Positions 21,757-27,376 of a stretch of 27,376 bases of DNA are shown here, piece after piece. Made by a program: the position numbers and the translations under genes. Every line of letters begins with the position of its first letter. The first letter of the stretch is position 1. The DNA comes from a virus (lineage: Duplodnaviria; Caudoviricetes): IMG/VR virus record IMGVR_UViG_3300037991_004325, positions 1 to 27,376 of that record. The stretch is one strand, 5' to 3'. The notes under the pieces were generated by a model. The model was not told where the DNA came from. It did not search any database and was given only the letters and a program-made list of their open reading frames with translations.

Positions 21757-23624
21757 TAGATATTACTCCCAATATTTACTTGTCCATTACTTATACCGCA
21801 AAAGACACCATCACTAGACATAATTGCGTCTTCCCTGTTTACTGCCCAGCCGCATGCATTCATTCTCAGTCTCACCAATTTGTTTACAGTCCTGTCGTAG
21901 AAAGCGAAAGGCATGCCCGGATAATAGTTAAATATTTCCGGCCGCATTGCTTCCGCTACTCTTATCCCGGCTGAATCTCCCTCGATTAGGTTTCTTGTGT
22001 ATTGCGCATAATCAATAGCTCTTTCGCGTGCTGTCTCTTCAGTGTCTGCATCTACCTGATACGGGACTTGCAATTCAGATACAACTGATCCTGCGCTAGT
22101 TGGAGAATATCGCTGAGAAACATCCTCAACGGTTGCAGACTTTGTTACTTTGCCCGCTGTTCCGTCTCCAATCCTGTCTGGTTGCGGTGGGTTTACTAGC
22201 CCACTTAATGATGTTCGCCTTGTGCTTGTCTCAATGCCATTTGCTGTTGCATCTAAGTTTTGCAATTTTCTAGATCCTTCTTTTGGGTATATGCCGGTAT
22301 TGTTGCAATCAGCTGAGCTAACCAATGTTGTCGTTGTTTCTACCGTCCGGTCGTCGTAATATTCAAAGACTGTAGTAACTTGCTGTTGCAGGAAAAAAGA
22401 ATTTGTTGGAACGCTTGTTAAAAATCCACGCTGGACCCCACCTGTTGTCTGTGAAAAAGGACTTGATGATTCAAAGTCTGTTGTGTTTGATGCTCTCCAA
22501 TCATTAGCGTTCATAGCGTTAATGACATTTTTAAATGTTTTGTCTACTGTCTTTTTAACCTCGCCGCCTGCCCCATATTCATAAGTCCTCTCTTGATAAC
22601 CTTGCGTTACGTTGTCTAATCCTCGCATCTGAACGCCTGAGGGGTTCCCGCCATTTCTTGCTAATTCATAACTGTAAAGTTCACCGTAATATGCGCCGTT
22701 AAGTTCTACTTGTGGCCCAACCGTTACTGATGTTTGCTCTGAGGTACTTCCACCGGGTCCGCCGTAATACGTTCTATCTGTTGTTGTCTTGCTTACACTA
22801 AACGTTCTTTTACCATCAAATATTTCACGAACCTCACACGTCTTTACGCCATTAATTGTAGAACAAACTTTTTGCTTTCTTTTTAAATTAGCCGGATGCT
22901 CTAGCCAGTAAAAAGATTCACTGGTGTCTTGCGTGTATCTAGTCCCGCTGTCATCCGACAAATTGCCATCGTCTTCATCGAGTTCTTCATCTGTCAGCCA
23001 TGTATATGTCACCACGATTTTGTCGGGGACTACACCGCCAACTCCTAGCGGCTGGCTGCTTAGTGCTGTGTGATCTCTGACAGACACCCAGGCCGGTGAT
23101 GCCAAATTGCTGCCCAGCCCATCACCATCATAAAACTTTCTTTTTTGTATAGTGCCATTACCGTCCACATAGATAAATCTTTGCTCCATCACTAGAGCAT
23201 TGCTTAAGTCATTAAATTTGCACTCATCGTCTAAATCAAATATCGTTTTATTTTTTATATTTTCAACTTCATCAGTTATCCCGTACATTGTCAATAGGCA
23301 TCCAATATTAACTTCTACCGTTCTATCGGTGTTGTTATAACTGCTGTCAATTACTATCATTGACCCTCTCGGGTGTCGCCTTGTAGTCCCGTCTATTGTC
23401 AGGTCTAAAGTTACTGCGGCGCCTCTGGCAAATTTTGTTTTTCCGTAGTCAAGCAATGTTGTCTGGCCTGGCAGCTCTCCAAGCTGTATCCGGCCCTGCG
23501 TCGTAATTATCCCGCTACCAATGATTGAAGAATCTGTTACTTGAAACGTAATTAAATTATTTGAATAATCTGTGCCACCAATTGTTAAAGTTGATTCGGC
23601 CGCTGTATTTATTAGCCAAGTCAT
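21756..23624 (-). CDS. Putative tail-tip hub (Tal/gpJ-position) protein (622 aa)
   Basis: Second gene after the tape measure. Beta-rich, with LTIGGTDYS at the N-terminus, 'FIYVDGNGTIQ' and 'ETARERAIDYA' segments as in phage hub proteins. Assignment is mostly by synteny. Confidence 0.65.
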   Translation of the reverse strand: MTWLINTAAESTLTIGGTDYSNNLITFQVTDSSIIGSGIITTQGRIQLGELPGQTTLLDYGKTKFARGAAVTLDLTIDGTTRRHPRGSMIVIDSSYNNTDRTVEVNIGCLLTMYGITDEVENIKNKTIFDLDDECKFNDLSNALVMEQRFIYVDGNGTIQKRKFYDGDGLGSNLASPAWVSVRDHTALSSQPLGVGGVVPDKIVVTYTWLTDEELDEDDGNLSDDSGTRYTQDTSESFYWLEHPANLKRKQKVCSTINGVKTCEVREIFDGKRTFSVSKTTTDRTYYGGPGGSTSEQTSVTVGPQVELNGAYYGELYSYELARNGGNPSGVQMRGLDNVTQGYQERTYEYGAGGEVKKTVDKTFKNVINAMNANDWRASNTTDFESSSPFSQTTGGVQRGFLTSVPTNSFFLQQQVTTVFEYYDDRTVETTTTLVSSADCNNTGIYPKEGSRKLQNLDATANGIETSTRRTSLSGLVNPPQPDRIGDGTAGKVTKSATVEDVSQRYSPTSAGSVVSELQVPYQVDADTEETARERAIDYAQYTRNLIEGDSAGIRVAEAMRPEIFNYYPGMPFAFYDRTVNKLVRLRMNACGWAVNREDAIMSSDGVFCGISNGQVNIGSNI

Positions 23625-23625
23625 C

Positions 23626-24021
23626 TCACACCTCAGTCAGGCTAAAGCTAACCCTATACAAAGGTGCTCCGTTGCCTACCAGCTCAATGTTGACGGCTTC
23701 AGTAAATACTGTATTTGCTGTAAAACTATTCCTTCCAGTAATTTGATCAGTCAAACTAATAATTGCAGCGCTTCCTCCCGCTCTTGCTGTATCCCAATCT
23801 TCATATAAATCCTGCAACTCAAAGGCGTCTGCTTTATTCATAAGCAAATCAACAGCCCATAAACGGCGTGCCGCTCGACTGCTGCCAGACTGAATTGCTG
23901 TTCCTGTCGTCGAAAAATTTAATGTCGCTGTGTCTACATAGGTTCGCTGAGCACCACCACCGCCGAACCGATCCAGCGTGATGTTGTAACTACCAAAGGA
24001 CAACTGTAGTGCAGGGGCCAT
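23626..24021 (-). CDS. Putative distal tail (Dit-like) protein (131 aa)
   Basis: Immediately downstream of the tape measure gene. Has a W-x-V-x-L strand, a helix ending LY-x-x-W and a terminal VSFSLTEV strand, typical of Dit/lambda gpM-like proteins. Confidence 0.65.
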   Translation of the reverse strand: MAPALQLSFGSYNITLDRFGGGGAQRTYVDTATLNFSTTGTAIQSGSSRAARRLWAVDLLMNKADAFELQDLYEDWDTARAGGSAAIISLTDQITGRNSFTANTVFTEAVNIELVGNGAPLYRVSFSLTEV

Positions 24022-24038
24022 CGGACTTTTCGACCGTC

Positions 24039-24048
24039 TCAGGGTTCC
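24039..24048 (-). promoter_or_regulatory. Conserved intergenic motif GGAACCCTGA (candidate late promoter)
   Basis: 3 nt after the tape measure stop and 17 nt before ATG 24021. Confidence 0.55.
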
Positions 24049-24051
24049 GGT

Positions 24052-27000
24052 TCATCTGCGATATGCCCTCAATCGATTCATCTCTGCAAGCATCCGGCTT
24101 GCGTCATTTACAGGTGCTTGGCTCTGGATTGTGATTTGATTTGATACTGACCCGCCATTGTCTAGTTTCTTAAGTTCACGAACCAATGCCCTTTGAAGAT
24201 TGCCTGAGTCGTTGCTGGCCTGCTGAACTTTGATCTTTGTCAAGCCCGTAGATGCAATGCTGGTCATGGCCTTGCTTACTTTCGCGTTTTCTTTGTCATC
24301 TCGAATTTGATTTGCAATGTGAGCAGGGATAACGGTGCCACTTGTCGGTGGCGTCCATTGCCCAAACTTAGGCACCTTGATCTCTGAAATGCGGCCAGTG
24401 TTTGATTGGAACATTTCACGGCCAAATTCGTTGACCGTATAGGTTTGCCCAGGGGAAACGGGACCGCCCGCGAATTTGTATTGGGCGGCTCTTTGTGCGG
24501 CTCTTGCTGCTCTCTCTAGCTGTTGCGCAAATCGCCCTGCATTTGTAGAGGCTTGACTCATTGTTGAAGGCAGTCTTTGCAGACTACCTTTTGCCTTGTT
24601 TGCTTGCTGTGCAACGGTCGCTGTTTCTTTGCTAAGTCCCGCAGCCTCTGCTTTGATGAATCCACCTTCAATCGCGATGATCGAATCTTTCAGTCCATCA
24701 GGCGCGGTCAATGTTGACAATGCTTCTGCAGCTTCCGCAATCGGTGTTGAAAGAGAATCTCTGATTTTTCCGCTTATTTGTTCGCCATTGATTTTCTCGG
24801 GAAGCGTGCCAAAGGTCGTTTCGATTTCACCCGTTACGGTGTTTAATTCGGCAACGATTCCTTTGCTTAGCTGTGTCCCTGCGCCTGAAACCGCCTGTTC
24901 AACAGTTGCGCCGACCCTAGTTCCCCATGCCTCAACTTCCACCTCAGCTTGAGTAAGACCACTCTTAACACCAGTAGCAACGGCTTTTGAAAGTTCTGGT
25001 GTTGTTTTCTGCATTGCAGAATTAAAGTCTGTGGCGCCATTTGTCCCGGCTTGTTTAAGGCCAGCCCGTCCAGCTTCTTTAATTCTCTCAACAGTTGTTG
25101 CATCCAACGTCAATGCATTTAGCGCCAATCTGCCTGCCTCTGTGCCGCCTTCCAATGAGCTGCCCAGAATCTGCGCAATTCTTTCAAATGGCAATGCATC
25201 AGGCAGTTTGTCGAATTCGTTTTTAGCAGCCACAATGCTCATCTGACCACCACTTGTGAAGGCACCCACGAGCTGATCTTCAATCATCTGTTTTGGCACA
25301 AAGCCTTGATTGCCAAATACCTCAACTACTTTCATTTTTGCTTGATCAACACCTGCAGCAGTACCAGACAGGATCGAAGCGGTCATGTCTTCTGCGATTG
25401 TGGCTCTGATTTCTGGCGGTATCCCCAACTGCCTGAGTGAATTCTCAACCTGCGTTGTGTCGATTGCCCCTAGTCCCGCGTTGATCTTATCGCGCACACT
25501 GTCTCCAACCTGCTGTGCGGTCACTGTCCCGACCTCGCCTAACGTTGTCTGGAATGCCTTGGCTTTGTCTGCTACCGCTTGAACTTTCCCCGTGAAAGCA
25601 TCCATCTTTGTAGAGAGCGTACCAACGTTCTCAACTGATCCAGCGAACGCGGTTCTAGTTCCGTCAGCTCTTGCTTTAGCTGCTAACCCTGCCTCAGCTG
25701 CCTGATTTTCAATGCTTAGCAGTTCACCTTTAAGCCTCTTTTGATCCTCAAGCAAAGTGCCTTGGAATTCGGTAAGCCTTTTTACGTTTTCTAGTTGCCT
25801 TATTTCTTCTGCTGTTGCGCCATTGGCTTTTGCTCTTTCGATCGCAATTCCTGCCTCTACCTGAGCAAGCTGGTTTTGAACTGTTTGCTGCGCATACCAA
25901 AGTTCTAGTTCAGCCTGTTTTGCTGCAAATGTTGCCTGTTGTGCCTGCTCTGCAAAGGTTTGCTGTGCCTGTAGGATCTTTTGCTTTTCTCTTTCAAAAG
26001 CACGTTCCACTCTTTGCTTGGCTGCCTCTTTAGCGGCTCCGTCTTTGTACGTTGCGTCAATAGCTTTGAGTTTTGCAGCCTTAGCTTTTTCAATACCTGC
26101 TATTTCATAGTTTGTTGATGCATCCGCTAGTTGCTTGAATGCACCGATGCCGCTTGTATTGATCTGGCCAAGTTGCCCTAGTGATGTATTAATTGCTTGC
26201 ACATTGCCAGCAATTGTTTGTTGCTCGCGCTGATAAGCACTTAGTCTTTCTTCGATAGCAGCAATAATTGCTGCCTTTGCGGCCTTCTCTGATTCAATCC
26301 TATCCTCTAACGATTTTTTGATCTTGCCTACGATTTGCTCTTTTTGCTCTTGAAATTTGACTTCTGTAATTTTCTCTTCATCTCTCAATCTTATTAGCTC
26401 TTGTAACGCATGTTCATCATTTGCTAGTTTCTTTGCATTTGCATCTACTACGGCTTTTGTTACCATTGCCCGTGCCTCAGTCTCACTTAGCAACCCAGTC
26501 CGAACAGCTGCCATTGCTTGCACCTCCTGAGCTGCACGGGTTGCGTCGATAGAAGCATTTGCCTCATTGCGGGCACGCGACACAGCTTGATAACTTGTCG
26601 TTAATGAGTCGTTAGCGCCAGCTGCTGCGTTTACGTCTTTGAATTCTTGTCTTAATTTTGCAAGTCTTTGATCCTGTGCAGGCAATCCGCTTTGAAGAAC
26701 CTCAATCTGCTTTTTGATTGCTGTTGCAACTCTGCCGTTGCCATTACCATTTTCGTCTAATGCTTTTAATTCGTTTTTAAGTTTTTCAATTCTGCTATTA
26801 GTTGCGTCAACTACACCTTGCTGAATATTAATGTTTTCTTTAAGGAGGTTTCTATACTCTTGCGTTTCTACGTTTAATTCAGCCATTTTTAATCTATTTG
26901 CTTCCATCTTAGCGCTCGCTTTTTCAAATCCTCCTGACAATGCGATCATGCTGTTTCTTGTTGCATCAATCTTTGCATTGTCTTTAATCATCCCGAAAAA

Positions 27001-27375
27001 TAGTCCTATCCCCTTTGTGAGTTTTTCAACTACAAATGTAGCTTTAGTTATTGGTTCGCCAAATACACCATCGATTTTTTTCAGCAGGAATCCAAGTGGC
27101 CCAAGCGCTTCCTCGATAGATTTAGACCACGATCTGTTTACTTCCGCTGAGGCCTCTGCTGCGTCTTTTCCGTCATCTAAAATGTTATTTAATTTTGCTA
27201 AATCACCTTCAAGTGCTCTAGTGGTTTTGTTATATTCTTTTGTGTAAACCACTGTAGAAGCTATAGCGGTTCCAATTGCAAGAACTAACGGGGCGAACGG
27301 CAACGCCGCCCCGATAAATGCTGCTACTGAGCCCGCTAATGCTTTAAGCCCTAATCCCGCTGCTGCGGCTTTGAC
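24052..27375 (-). CDS. Tail tape measure protein, 5'-truncated (>1100 aa)
   Basis: The frame stays open upstream of 27303 to the window edge (VKAAAAGLGLKALAGSVAAFIGAALPFAPLVLAIG..., hydrophobic). Ala/Gln/Glu-rich helical body. C-terminal FAGGPVSPGQTYTVNEFGREMF...SGTVIP motif is characteristic of tape measure proteins. Confidence 0.9.
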   Translation of the reverse strand, partial: VKAAAAGLGLKALAGSVAAFIGAALPFAPLVLAIGTAIASTVVYTKEYNKTTRALEGDLAKLNNILDDGKDAAEASAEVNRSWSKSIEEALGPLGFLLKKIDGVFGEPITKATFVVEKLTKGIGLFFGMIKDNAKIDATRNSMIALSGGFEKASAKMEANRLKMAELNVETQEYRNLLKENINIQQGVVDATNSRIEKLKNELKALDENGNGNGRVATAIKKQIEVLQSGLPAQDQRLAKLRQEFKDVNAAAGANDSLTTSYQAVSRARNEANASIDATRAAQEVQAMAAVRTGLLSETEARAMVTKAVVDANAKKLANDEHALQELIRLRDEEKITEVKFQEQKEQIVGKIKKSLEDRIESEKAAKAAIIAAIEERLSAYQREQQTIAGNVQAINTSLGQLGQINTSGIGAFKQLADASTNYEIAGIEKAKAAKLKAIDATYKDGAAKEAAKQRVERAFEREKQKILQAQQTFAEQAQQATFAAKQAELELWYAQQTVQNQLAQVEAGIAIERAKANGATAEEIRQLENVKRLTEFQGTLLEDQKRLKGELLSIENQAAEAGLAAKARADGTRTAFAGSVENVGTLSTKMDAFTGKVQAVADKAKAFQTTLGEVGTVTAQQVGDSVRDKINAGLGAIDTTQVENSLRQLGIPPEIRATIAEDMTASILSGTAAGVDQAKMKVVEVFGNQGFVPKQMIEDQLVGAFTSGGQMSIVAAKNEFDKLPDALPFERIAQILGSSLEGGTEAGRLALNALTLDATTVERIKEAGRAGLKQAGTNGATDFNSAMQKTTPELSKAVATGVKSGLTQAEVEVEAWGTRVGATVEQAVSGAGTQLSKGIVAELNTVTGEIETTFGTLPEKINGEQISGKIRDSLSTPIAEAAEALSTLTAPDGLKDSIIAIEGGFIKAEAAGLSKETATVAQQANKAKGSLQRLPSTMSQASTNAGRFAQQLERAARAAQRAAQYKFAGGPVSPGQTYTVNEFGREMFQSNTGRISEIKVPKFGQWTPPTSGTVIPAHIANQIRDDKENAKVSKAMTSIASTGLTKIKVQQASNDSGNLQRALVRELKKLDNGGSVSNQITIQSQAPVNDASRMLAEMNRLRAYRR

Positions 27376-27376
27376 A

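Larger units (their letters stand above)
1..27376 (-). mobile_element. Tailed phage/prophage virion morphogenesis module (tail tip and fibres)
   Basis: 14 co-oriented, abutting or overlapping ORFs in the order tape measure, Dit-like, hub, accessory proteins, fibres. No host housekeeping genes. No sheath or baseplate-wedge gene recognised in the window. Free phage versus prophage cannot be decided here. Confidence 0.9.

Noticed and set aside
1051-24054. Systematic stop-codon readthrough (6 of 9 gapped junctions are in frame)
   Set aside because: Small numbers, mixed TAA/TGA stops, two of these gaps contain a second in-frame stop, and the larger gaps are explained by the promoter-like motif.
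800-27247. The many short plus-strand ORFs and alternative-frame minus-strand ORFs in the ORF track
   Set aside because: They lie almost entirely within long, coherent minus-strand genes and have no recognisable motifs, so they are best explained as shadow ORFs.
1-27376. CRISPR arrays, tRNA/rRNA genes, IS elements, intrinsic terminators
   Set aside because: The window is almost fully protein-coding, with gaps of at most ~40-60 nt. No exact spaced DNA repeats, cloverleafs, transposase ORFs or hairpin-plus-U-tract structures were seen.
19018-27376. Contractile injection system, tailocin or gene transfer agent
   Set aside because: No sheath, baseplate wedge, VgrG/PAAR or GTA-typical genes recognised. 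The order and size fit a non-contractile phage tail better, although genes outside the window are unknown.

Overview
The window is a continuous, minus-strand block of 14 tightly packed genes, truncated at both edges. It looks like the tail-tip and receptor-binding region of a tailed dsDNA phage or prophage. Gene order is siphovirus-like, and the protein motifs suggest an aquatic, possibly cyanobacterial host (inference). In transcription order (right to left): tape measure protein (partial), Dit-like protein, hub/tail-tip protein, a 462-aa repeat stalk ending in a cupredoxin domain with a complete type-1 copper ligand set, a 112-aa cupredoxin-like protein lacking all four ligands, three small putative adaptors, a giant 2886-aa cysteine-rich repeat protein with coiled-coil hairpins inserted in its Cys modules, a CxxC/CxxCGC (DUF6171-like) protein, two modular fibres (1835 and 748 aa, with LamG/lectin domains and Mtd_N-like docking motifs), an FN3-like protein, and a partial fibre-like gene missing from the ORF track. 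The most striking signals are the giant Cys-rich protein with its flanking metal/thiol-binding genes, and a GGAAnnnT motif found in all six intergenic gaps longer than 20 nt (candidate phage late promoter). No RNA genes, CRISPR arrays, transposases or reverse transcriptase were seen. All family assignments come from motif recognition by eye, not from database searches.
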